Below, one piece after another: positions 12,501 to 23,981 of a stretch of 64,000 nucleotides of DNA. The position numbers and the translations under genes were made by a program. Source of the DNA: Marsupella aquatica (lineage: Eukaryota > Plantae > Marchantiophyta); NCBI GenBank assembly GCA_973895155.1, contig OZ316895.1:2591659-2655658 (forward strand), written 5' to 3'. Under the pieces are notes generated by a model that was not told the origin of the DNA, searched no databases, and worked only from the letters and a program-made list of their open reading frames with translations. The first letter of the stretch is position 1, and each line of letters begins with the position of its first letter.

Positions 12501-15500
12501 TCGCTGAAAGGCAGAGTGTACTCACGGCAGGCGTTTCCTATTTGCCCAACTCGAACTTGAGCTGGCACTATGAGTTTCTTGAAAAACTAATTGTTCGTTA
12601 AAGTGTCATTATAGACCCACCTGCAAACTATGCACCCTCACTCTTTAGCACAAAACATGATAGTGAGTTGTTTATGACAGACAATAATGGATCCTAATTT
12701 TGTTTGCATTATGTGTAGTGAGACAATGGTGAATAATGGAACTTCAGATTGATAGTTTTATATCTCTAAGAAGTACCATAATTTACACAACTTTGTACAC
12801 ATGGTTAGACTAGTGCATGTAATTCTCACACAGTGACACCTGTTGACACCTATGTTACATAGGTATCTCTTCATGTCTGACATGGAGTATATTTGGATTT
12901 GAAATGGGTATTTCAAAATTCATTTAACCTCAGGTTTCTAGTTGGTTGCTAATTAGGGCTTTAGTTCTTTTGCCCTTGTCGGGATTCTCAAGATTTTCCA
13001 CTTGTTTGGTCTTTCTGGGTTTTTTGGTGTTTGCCCCTTTATTGGGTGTCTAGCCTTTGGGATCATGTCAATCCGTTTGACATTATTTGTTATATATCTA
13101 TTTTAAATTGGGTATTTCAAAATCACTTCCTTACACTGTAGTATGTAAGAGAGTCACTATTGTAAATGCGACATGATAGCATCTGTAGTGTAATTCTACA
13201 TTCTACTGTGTCTCTTCGTAAAGACGCACCTTTCAGATTCTGCCTCAAAACTCATGTGACATGACTTGCCACCTCTCCCTCTAATCTACAGCTTTCAACA
13301 AAGACAAGAAGGCCTTTGAATTGACTCGACTGTGGAAAGAGAAACTAGTTGAAGAAGGATTGAAGGAAGGAAGGAAGGAAAGAAGCAACAAATTAATTGA
13401 TCAAGTAATATATTATACTAGAGGAAACAAGACTTTGGATTGACTAGGGAGATAGGGATTTTGGAATAAATTGTTGGCTATCAGTACTACAGACACCTGC
13501 ATAATCTGAACATAGTACGTAACTAATGGTCTGAATAGATCAAATTAAGGGCCGTGGATGCAGATCAAGTCTATGTTTCCTCAAGAATAATTCTACACGC
13601 AGTCTCACAAAGAGCAATGAATTCCTACATCAAGGGAGACAGACTCTTGCAGCCCAATGGCAGGTCATGACCAAGAGTTGCAATGCATTATCATTTGTCT
13701 GGATAGACATTCATAGACCACAGGGACCAAAAATGAGCCACAATTGCAGCTACAAATTTACATGAGAACACAAGTGGATTGATTGATAGGTAGTGTGCAC
13801 TACTTCTAGGGTACTATATATGATATTCAAATGCCGGAATATCATTGTTGGCTAGCCAGGCCTTGCCTACACCTATCTTCCTACAACTCGATTCTAGTTT
13901 GGAAAATCAGCAACTGAGCAATCAGAACTACTTATTGCAGTGTATTCCGCTCCACCCACTTTGCTCTCTGTAAGTCATTCAATCTTGTTCAATGTGCTCT
14001 TTTAATTGACACTTTTGAAAAGAATGGACATATATCTTTCATACGTCTGTATCTTCTGTCCGTGGAGTTAGGCTTTCTACCTTCCATATAATTGGATATA
14101 CCCAAATTGAGGTTAGAGGGTGGGAGGTCAATCTGACAGAATGAGGGCTATTGGGCATATATATAGAGAAAAATTGATTTTTTGTAATCTAGTGAAACAA
14201 AATACTCAATTTGTAGGAAAGGAATGTGAGATTCTTTATAAGAGGATGCTTGACCTCCAAACCTTTCATTCATTCATTTATCCATGCCTTCTTTGGGGAT
14301 ATCTGGTTTAAATATGGTCCATATGCATATATATCAGGTGCATGAACGTTGTGTTAGACTAGCTATATGCAAGATGTACGTTGGTTGTCCGAAGTCTTAG
14401 GCTTAATCTTTCTTCTTACGGCTTTTACGTGACATTGTATAACTCTTTGGGGATTTGCTCTGCTCTTGTGTACTCCATTCCAACAAATGCTTTGAATGGT
14501 TTAGATCTTACGCATATATCTTCTTGTGAGTTGTTGTTCTGATGCTACATTGAATATGATTGTGAAAGAACTTTATCACCTCCCAAATCATTCATGTGGA
14601 TCCAGCCTTCTAGACTATCTTCCAACTGAAATCAATTGATTGTTCTTGAGAAGATAGAGGAATCTGGTGTAGATGGAGATTAACAGTTACAAAATCATTC
14701 AATGAAACTTGGGTCAGTGAAAGTGATCAGTCCATCTTGACTGTAGCCATAGTAGTGTCATGACCACCCGCATCACCTTACAAATATTATGATCACACAT
14801 GAAAAATAACAGAATAGTTTGAAACCACAATAACATATTAGCTTCTAAATGAAATGGAGCTGGTTTGGGTTTGGCTTGTAGGGATGGAGTGAAACCAGGG
14901 CAAACCAGGGTTGATATCATCAAAGTCAATAGCCAGCTCATGAACATCCAATATGAGCAAGACATTCTTCAAGCTGTGGTTAGTAGCCGGGTGAATATTA
15001 ATAGGCCTGGAGTGCAAACACAAAGTTATCAAATCAATCAAATCAATCAAATCGCTCAACTAGTTCCTCTAGATCTTTGGTTTGACGTATGGTTGGACGA
15101 AAGGTTGCTCATACCCGCTGGGGGGAATACACTTATTCTATCACTACATCAAATTCATGGCTACATAATCAAATCAAAGGACCAACACTATTTCAATCTT
15201 GGGGATGGGGGCGAGCTGGTGATCAAGATCCTGAGGAATTTATGGACAGCTAACACAAAATCTCAAAAAGCATCGAGGCAAGCCAGGGTGGAAAAAATTG
15301 TAATATTGTTAGTACTTGAGATTTTGGGGGAATTGGACTACTCAACTGTATAGTGCAAGCTAGTCAATTTTGACATCATCAGTTTACATTAGATCCATAC
15401 ATTCACAGCAATTAAGACAAAGACACACTGGAGTCACAAGGACAACCGCATGGGCTTGGCGATCATCACAGCAGCGGTGGCCGTGCAATTGTGCCGCGGC

Positions 15501-15517
15501 CGCTATTGATAGATAAC

Positions 15518-18346
15518 ATGAACAGTATGAGGAGCAACAACAATGATCAGATGATGCAGCAACAACAACAAATGGGTGGGGATCCATCCATCTCAGGGAG
15601 GCCTCAAGATCTGATGAGCAACAATAACAATAATCAGCAGATGTTGCAACCACCGCCGAATACCACACTCTCCATGGCTCCATTTCCTGGATTGGGAGGC
15701 ATGGGAGGAGATCAGCAGTTGGGCGGTCCTGGATCCACACCTCCACCTGCTCCTCCTCGATGCCAAATCATGAACCCTTTTCTTGGCACTCCTCCTCTAG
15801 TTCCCCACACAGACAGGATGCAGCAGCAACAACCAACAGCTGGAGGCTCTAGCTTAGGCCAGATGGAGACCACATTCAGCCAGGACATGCGGCATCGAGG
15901 GTACCCTGGCGTTCTCAACCTGCCTCCACCATTTCAGGTGCATCCCAATCTGCAATCCCAAATTCAAGCATTCCAACATGATATGGGGCAGCAACAACAG
16001 CACATGATCCAACAACAACAACAGCCCCCAGGATTCCTTCAAGGGTTCATACCCACAGAAATTGTTTCGAGTGTGCCGGAGTCGCGCAACTCTTCGCACT
16101 TGCTCCAACCTCATGTGAGGCAACGCGCACGCCGTCGCTCAAGAGCAAACCGGTCCTCTTCCATTGTCCAACATGTACATGACGCCCCACCAACCTTAAT
16201 TGGAGGGAATGGAGGAGCAGGCGATGCAGCCTCGGCTGTGGCACTAGGTCAGTCCCGAGAGATGCCACCCACAGCTCAGATCACCATGGACTCAACTTTT
16301 GGAGATAATGGTGCTGTAGCGGCAGCAGCAGCAGCAGCGGTTGCAGCTGCTGGAGCTGCAGCCAGACTTGAGGATGCAAAGCTAAAAGGGTTGGAAGAAA
16401 ATTACAGTAGCATAGGAGAGAATTTTGAGTGCAACATATGCTTCCAAAAGGCAAATGAAGCCGTAGTGACATGTTGTGGCCATTTGTTCTGCTGGCCATG
16501 CCTTTACCGCTGGTTGCACATCCACTCATACCACAAAGAGTGTCCAGTGTGCAAGGGAGCCATTGACGAGAGCACCATCACTCCCATCTATGGCCGCGAG
16601 TGCAGTGCTCTACTCTCTGCGAGGGGCTTGTCGGGTAGCTCCGCTGCCGAAAGAATTCCACCCAGGCCGCCTGCACGCCGAGTTGAAAGTGCCCGGCAAC
16701 TACGCGAGCGCGAAGACCGGGGCCGTGAACGAGAACAACGGGAGAGGGCATTGGAGAGGGAGAGAGAGCGAGAAAGGGAACAACAATCTGAGACCCGAGG
16801 CCTTGCGGAGGTGCTGGCTGGGGAACCTCCTGGGGTTGGAGTCATGACGACGTCAACAGCAGCAGCAACTTTGAATGAGGAGGGCGGGCCAATGAGAGAT
16901 TCAGCTAGCAGTGCGGTCCAAAGTGTGCAAGGTCAGGTTGGTGCGGGGGGAGGAGGAGCAACGCGAGAGAATCAGCAAGAGGAGATTGACTCAAGAGAGT
17001 CTGCTGGACATGAGGACACTAGTAGTTCCGGAGGCTCCATGTCACAGCCCACCGGACCACCAGGGGTAATGAACATGGCTGCCTCATCTTTTCAGGATCC
17101 AACAAACACTGGTGGAGGAAGAGCAACTTTACCAGTTCAGCTGCAAGGTGCCTTGACAACAATCGGAGGAGGTGGGAGTAATTCTCCTTCTACAAACACC
17201 AACAATGCTCCAGCATTTCTCCAACGTCGAGTCTCGGACAGGAGAGAGCAGCTTCGTGCAGCACTAGCTGCATCGGCTCGAAGTGGGGGAGTCAACTCAA
17301 CGTCATCCACCTTAGCGGAGAGGGTGGACGAGCGTAGGCAAATGATTGCGGCAGCAGCATTGCTCTCACAAGAATGGGAAGACATCGTGAACATCAGCCG
17401 ATTGGTGGGGCCTGTGAATCCAGTGCAGGCGGCAGCATGGATGGCAGCAGTGCAAGGGGGTTTGGGTAGCTCAACGGAGGGAACAAGCTTAGAGAGCTTT
17501 GGCGATTTTCCCAGCCATCCTCATCACCATCAGCAACAACAACATGTTGGTGGAGGTGGTGGTGGAGGAATGATGCTCCACAGCCAGCCCATTCACCGAT
17601 CGAATGCGAGCTCTAGGCACATGATTACTTCACCTGCAATGATATCCCAGGACGGAGGCTCAGGTGGGGAGGATTCAGCTCTAAGTCGACTTGTGACCGT
17701 CAACCCTCTCCAAGCGGGAGACTGGCTGGCTGCCATGCGCTCTCGTCTCACAAGCATGGAGAAGGTCGTGGAGAATTTGGATAGTCCTCTGCAAGTCTTG
17801 CAGCAGCCCATTCCCACATCATTACATTTGAATTTGCCTTCTGTTCAATCCTCCATTTCACACGGTGGACAATTGCTGCAAACCTCATCCGGCACTCCTG
17901 TTGTTGGGCTGGATGAACTCTCGCTTTTGGACAGCAGTGTCTCGAACTCCACCACAACAAGCCTGGAAGGTCCTAGTAGCAGAGCTATGGAGGAACGTGC
18001 TGCAGCAACAGCAACAAGTGAGGCACCCCCCCCATCCGCTCCACCGACAAGTAGTAGTAGTACATCGGCGTCCACTCCCGTGCAAAACAATCCTAGAACT
18101 CATTCACAGCCCAGATTACATTATCGTGAGGCACCAATTCCCAAACCACCCAGTTCGAGTAGGAGGAGATCATCAAGAACAGTCGATGAAGGCACGAGCA
18201 TGACTAACAATAATAATAATCATAATCAAGGTCAGAGTGTTGTAATAGGAGGACAACATGATGCAACAACAGAAGGATCTGAGTGCACAGGACCGCAGGA
18301 ACCCATAGCCAGCACAAGGTCAAAGAGAAGAAGGTTAGATAATTGA
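15518..18346 (+). CDS. RING-HC (C3HC4, RMA/RNF5-like) E3 ubiquitin ligase with long Q/G/S-rich disordered regions
   Basis: ~940-aa uninterrupted ORF. FECNICFQKANEAVVTCCGHLFCWPCLYRWLHIHSYHKECPVCKG..ITPIYGR..RIPPRPPARR matches the RMA/RNF5 RING and its trailing motifs. First in-frame ATG is at 15518; the frame is open back to ~15364, so an upstream exon is possible. Confidence 0.9.
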   Translation: MNSMRSNNNDQMMQQQQQMGGDPSISGRPQDLMSNNNNNQQMLQPPPNTTLSMAPFPGLGGMGGDQQLGGPGSTPPPAPPRCQIMNPFLGTPPLVPHTDRMQQQQPTAGGSSLGQMETTFSQDMRHRGYPGVLNLPPPFQVHPNLQSQIQAFQHDMGQQQQHMIQQQQQPPGFLQGFIPTEIVSSVPESRNSSHLLQPHVRQRARRRSRANRSSSIVQHVHDAPPTLIGGNGGAGDAASAVALGQSREMPPTAQITMDSTFGDNGAVAAAAAAAVAAAGAAARLEDAKLKGLEENYSSIGENFECNICFQKANEAVVTCCGHLFCWPCLYRWLHIHSYHKECPVCKGAIDESTITPIYGRECSALLSARGLSGSSAAERIPPRPPARRVESARQLREREDRGREREQRERALEREREREREQQSETRGLAEVLAGEPPGVGVMTTSTAAATLNEEGGPMRDSASSAVQSVQGQVGAGGGGATRENQQEEIDSRESAGHEDTSSSGGSMSQPTGPPGVMNMAASSFQDPTNTGGGRATLPVQLQGALTTIGGGGSNSPSTNTNNAPAFLQRRVSDRREQLRAALAASARSGGVNSTSSTLAERVDERRQMIAAAALLSQEWEDIVNISRLVGPVNPVQAAAWMAAVQGGLGSSTEGTSLESFGDFPSHPHHHQQQQHVGGGGGGGMMLHSQPIHRSNASSRHMITSPAMISQDGGSGGEDSALSRLVTVNPLQAGDWLAAMRSRLTSMEKVVENLDSPLQVLQQPIPTSLHLNLPSVQSSISHGGQLLQTSSGTPVVGLDELSLLDSSVSNSTTTSLEGPSSRAMEERAAATATSEAPPPSAPPTSSSSTSASTPVQNNPRTHSQPRLHYREAPIPKPPSSSRRRSSRTVDEGTSMTNNNNNHNQGQSVVIGGQHDATTEGSECTGPQEPIASTRSKRRRLDN

Positions 18347-20599
18347 TTTATTTATTGGTGAATGGTAATTCAAAACTGAACGAGTTTGAGCATTGTAAGA
18401 AAGCAATTCCACAGACCTCAAGCCCTCGGAGCTGCCCACCCACCTACAGTTCTTATCTAGTCAATGTTGTAAGGAGCTAGCTAAAAGGGTCGGGGTCATC
18501 ATGTGAGTAGTAACGTTCTTCCATAGATATATTGACCAAAGGAGAATTCTAAGGCTTGGAAAACACGAGAAAACAATTGTACCCTCATGTACATATGTCT
18601 ACTAAGGTCATTGAAGTTCTCCAGCTGAGATCGTCTTGCTGACGATTTGATGGACTTCTGTGAATGTCCTGAGAAAGCTTTTGCCATACAGCCGATTAAC
18701 TAAGCAGAGGAGAGCAGAAGGAGCTATAATTTGTTCGTCTATCCACTGGCGGTGAGCTGCTAATAGGACTACGTTGGTAGCTCATCAAGCTACCAAACTT
18801 AGAGAGCTTCGAAGCTTCAATTTAATAGTCCGAAAACCGTATTACCTGTCCACCCAACCAGTAAATTGTATTGCACAATGTCTGTAAAATGCTGACATTT
18901 CAGGAATTTAGGGAGCAGGTCGCTACCGACTACTTCGGCTGAACGATCGAGATAACCGATTTTCGTCTCCCTACACACAACACTTATTAATTGCATTGAA
19001 CGCTGCAGATACGCAATCATGGGATAGGTATGCTTTGTACTGTCAATTGATTCATGGCCTTCTACAGTGGATTCCCTCACTTCCCTTCCAATATGCACGA
19101 TTTGATAATGCAGTGAACGTCTACGAGCTACAGGACTATAACTGCCAGCTGCTAAATGTTAAGCCTAAAGGTTAGAAACCCTGTTAGTACAGTGTCAAGA
19201 CAACTTCGAAAATTTTTTTGTGAGACTCTATATCTCAGGAGATTTAGCTTTACAGTTCGGGAAACCTGTTAGCACAGTATGAAACAACATACTTTAAGAC
19301 TCTCCTATGGACCGTAATTTTTAAGGTTTTAATTTTTCCGACAGCGTACAAGGGAGGATGCTAGGAGTATTTCATATCTAGTTTCTTTAGATTAAGTTTT
19401 GATTGTCAGATCTCTCTAGATTTAAGGCTGACCTGTCAGATTCTGGGTCATGGGGTCTGGCTAGGTGGAAAACAGGATAATCGACCCAGAAAATCTAACA
19501 TATGTTTGCCACTGAAAAGAACGCTGCTACTCAGGCTAAACAGACTCCCATACTTGTCTGTAGTGGCTGTAAGGAAGTTCTGACCACCTTGGGGAATGAC
19601 TCCTCTATTACTACTTAGACTTCGTGAAACGATGCAGCGAAGGAAGAGGAGGAAAATTGAGAGCGAGAAAACAAAAGGTTTTGTCACTCTGGATTTCAGT
19701 AGCAAAAGAGTTGAAACGAGACGTTCTATATCAGCCACGAAAATTATGTTTTGTGCACTCTAAACGGTCTATTGCCACGCCAAGTTACCAGCGGAAATTT
19801 GTTTAAGTTGATCTGGAGATCTCAAGCCAGGGGTTTTACTTAGAACCTGGTGACCAGGACCGCTGCTTAATTGTGGACCTTCTTCTGATCTCATGGAAGG
19901 TTCCTGAATTCATGATCGTCTTAGGGGTTCGTAGGACCCAAGCCTCGACCGAACCTTTTTGTCAGTATGGTTCGAGACTTCTAAGAGATATGCAGTATGA
20001 CGGAATTTGGGATCACAACGGAAACTTGTACTTTGACAGAAGTCTGCAACCCTGTGAAAAAACGTGGGAATCTTAACTAAAACGCCCTGACTTGAGATCT
20101 CTCTACTAACTAAAAGTACCCAAAACACCAAAACACGTTCCGAGAGTGGAGCAAACGGGCCCACAAGGACACTGATCAAGTACCACACGACAGAAATCAA
20201 TTCAGAACCTGTCCACGTTGTGCCTGCGTGAGGTAATTCTGGTCTATCGCGGAGTCCTAGATAGGAACTACTACTGTAGGTATTGTGTTGAGCATCCTGA
20301 TTGAACGGCAAATCTGACCACGCTCATAGAAAGTAATGGTGTACCCCCATGTTGTAGGGAAATTCATAGGGTGGAGGTTGCATTCGCGGGCAGAAACGGT
20401 GGTACCGGGAGACAGAGAAATTGACTCTGTTTTGCTGAATTCTTTTCTCCGACAGCAAAATAATCTGGAGATGGCCTTCAGTCCGTCAAACAGCGTCCTG
20501 TAAAGATCTACAGAAGTCTCTCCGTCCTAAGCTCGAAAACTTTACGTCGTGTTGGCGAAGACATGACGAATTATTTAACTATATTAGAGAGGATGATGA

Positions 20600-23305
20600 A
20601 TGAAAGAAATCCGTCTACATGGGAAAGGCGCCCTTTCTACTGTACTGAGCTCGGGTGGTGAATTGGCTGAAAATGTGGAATCGCCATACAACCATGCTTT
20701 GACTCTCTCATGGAAGGAGTTGTTCTACACTGCTTCGTCGCTCGACAAGCACTTGAGAGTTCCCAAATTCCTCAGCTCATCAGCGTTGAACTATAAACCT
20801 CGAGCGGGATCTAGCACTCACGCGGACAGGAACGGTGGTACAGTAATGGCGGAGATGAGAGATCCAGAGATGCGAGATCCAGAGGTGAGGTTCGATAGAT
20901 CGTCGGAAACAGTTGACAAGTCAGATCGAGATGGCCAGGTAAAGGTTCAACATACTATTAATCCCTCTTCTTATCCCGGGGAGCCTGACGTTACAACGAG
21001 ACTCGCTGAGGCCAATTTTCAGCTGGCCATCTATATTGCAATGGCACATGCGGGATTGGCACTGGTGGTGTTGGTCATGTATGGATTAGGTCGACTCCTG
21101 AAGGACTTCTGGAAGCCAATTCAATGGGCTGTGCTGTGCTCTATGCCTCTACGTGAGGTGCAAGAAGCTTTGGTCACGTTCTGGAAGGAACCACTGCGGA
21201 AGGGGCTCGTGGAAACAGTAGTTGCTGCACCAATTGCTCTGTACAAGGTCTTGCTGGGCACGTTACTAGACGCGCGGGAGGGAGTGTTAAGATTTGTGGG
21301 AAAGGGGCACAGTTTTGGCCACCCAAGACCTGTGGGTTTCGCCAAGCTGTTCCAGTGGTTGGTTTCATTTGGCTTCTTTACTCTGGGTCTAGACGTTTTG
21401 GGCCCGGCCAATCTCTCTCTCGTTGCATTTGCTGGGCTTCTCATGTACGCTGCAGGAACTGGATTCGAAGTCTCGCAACTCACCACTGCCTTCTCTCAAA
21501 ATGGTAGGCTGCATCGTGACGACGGCAAATTGAGGTGGGTTAGCTGGGTCATGGGGCCCATTACTCGAGCTTCGAGGTCTGCTAATCAGCAAATTTCTCG
21601 TTCCCTGATCAGCAGTCTTCACACGCTGGTGGCGATAGGGTTGATCACCACTATGATTCTGGGATCTTTGGGAGGATTGGCACTCTTCTCCTATAAAGTG
21701 GGTATGGAAGGAAAACACGCAGTGGTATTGATCAAGGTGCATCTGGAGGAGAACGACTATGCGGAGGTGGTGGGATTCAACAGGTGGGTGCAGGACAACA
21801 GAGTGCCCGAGCTGATCGATACGTATGTCGGCAAGGGGTATGAGGCGCTGGTGGAGCAGGTCGATGCATTTGCGGCGAAGAATAATCTCACAGATGTTGT
21901 GGATGTTGGAAAAGAGCTTCTCATGGGATTTGTCAGAGGGGATAGAAACGGCCATATGAATAAGACGGAAGATGACCAGGAGAACCCGCTGGTGCGAAGG
22001 CTTCGTGACTTGCAGTGTAAGGTGAACGAATTTGATTTCCAGGGAATTATTGCGGAGGTCGAGGCCACGTTCCTTCTTTTCCTGGAGCATTTCCAGATGA
22101 AGAGAGAGGATGTCCTGGAAAAAGTGAAGCAGGTGGCACAGAGGTCTACAGATGTTGGAAAGAGGGTTCTTAGCAGTGGCACGAACATGGTGACCAGCGG
22201 GGCATCTATGTTCTTCTTCGTGTCCAGTGCTATCGCATCTGGTGCTGCAGAGCTGTTCAACTTTGTAACTCAGTCTCTGATCTTCTTCTCAGTCCTGTAC
22301 TATCTCATCACGTCAAAGACTGGGGGTGTTATGGAACAACTTCTGGAGATGGTGCCTCTCTCGGAAGACACAAGGCGAGGTTGTGCGCATGTTCTTGATC
22401 ATGCCGTCAGCAGCGTCCTTCTAGCAACGGTCAAGACTGCATTCTTCCAGGCTTCTTTTACATGGCTGTTGTTACGATTCTGCGGTATACATTTCCTGTA
22501 TGGGTCTACGATGCTCGCTCTGGTGCAGGCATTCCTTCCTTTGTTTCCTAGCTGGCTCGCAAGTATACCGCTGGCAGTAGAGTTTGCTCTCAATTGGCAT
22601 TACATCGGAGCAATTTTGCTCTTCGGTATCCATGTCTGGGTGATGGATTACGGAATGGAGAAAATTCACAGCGAAATTCCTGGCCACAATGCTTATCTCA
22701 CTGGCCTCAGTATTGCTGGGGGAATGGCTCTCTTCACACCTGCTCTGGAGGTAAGTCGCTGGTGCTTCAAAATCGAAATCTGTCTGTACCACCGCTCTAT
22801 TCTGCACTTTTATTTGTCTTTGACCTACAAATACAAGAGGATGTTCTTGTTATCTTGCTGACCAAAACTCACCAGGAAGGCTCTGATAAATAACTGACCT
22901 GCGAATTTCGTAATATTGCCCTGTCTTTTCTCTTCTTGATATGCCTTCCATAGCCCTGTTCACTTCAATGAGTAAGAATTCTTGTTCCTTGAGTGGCACG
23001 ACTTCCGAATGCAAGGATTACTCACGTCAGGGGTTTTTCTGTTTAATAAACAGGGTCCGGCCATAGTAGGATTTCTTCCTTATAACTAATAGGAATCAGA
23101 GGTGTGCAACGAAGAACAACCAATATTTGCTCGTCATTTCTGATGCTTGGATCTGATCTTATCATTGATGTGATTGCAGGGCGCAATTATGGGTCCATTG
23201 CTCATGACAGTTCTCATAGCTGTAAAGAACTTGTATGCTGAGTTCGTATTGAGCGCGGAGACGGCTGTTGAAAGTCACGAGCACTCTGGCCCCAACAGCA
23301 AATAG
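20600..23305 (+). CDS. TMEM245-like / AI-2E transporter family membrane protein, 2 exons (20600-22750, 23180-23305); start may be 20600 or ~20846
   Basis: Multiple hydrophobic helices; plant TMEM245-type motifs LAIYIAMAHAGL, PIQWAVLCSMPLR and IPGHNAYLTGLSIAGGM. Donor gag|gtaagt at 22751 and acceptor tgcag|ggc at 23179 give the in-frame end ALE|GAIMGPLLMTVLIAVKNLYAEFVL..*. Confidence 0.9.
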
Positions 23306-23981
23306 GTCAGAGCAAGGAATGATTAGGAATCACATCCAAGCTGCTGTATACTAAGATATCATTTTCTGGAGTTTGCTTTCGGCCACTGATGGAAGGTTGG
23401 TCTCCTGCTGTATTTTTTTCACTGGAGGCATCAACTTTGAACCTTGCACAGACCAATTACACCCAGGGTTCATTCAGCATAAACCGTGATGGAGTTTCAG
23501 AATATTTTCTATGCGCTGGTGATACATAGTCCTGGGCGGATGATCTGTGTCGTTGATGCAACGCTATTCTACGTGAGCTAATAGACAAAATTGGACGGGT
23601 GATGGAAATGAGCCCTTGCAATCTTGGAGTGATGAAATGACGTACCTCCTCCCAGTGGGGTGAACACTTGCTGGTTTCATGTACAGCTAGGGCAACTCCA
23701 AGCCATGTGGAAACACTTTACGGAAGTACAAATCCAAAAGAATTCACATGAGTGACACTGACTAACAACTTGAGGCAGTCCTCGAGATTGATTTCAGGAC
23801 CATTTTTAATTATGGAGAGAACATCGACACTGTAACGAAAGCACCACGAGTTGCGCAGTTGTCATAGGAAAGTATTTAAGTTGAACTTAACGTCAATCAG
23901 GTGCATTACCCCAATTCTTTTATGCACTATTACTGCGAAGGATTAACATTATCTTTGGCGTGTTTGACCGCAGCCCTCATT

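Noticed and set aside
15384-22807. Many antisense and alternate-frame ORFs over the RING and TMEM245-like genes
   Set aside because: Shadow ORFs of long coding sequences with no independent motifs.
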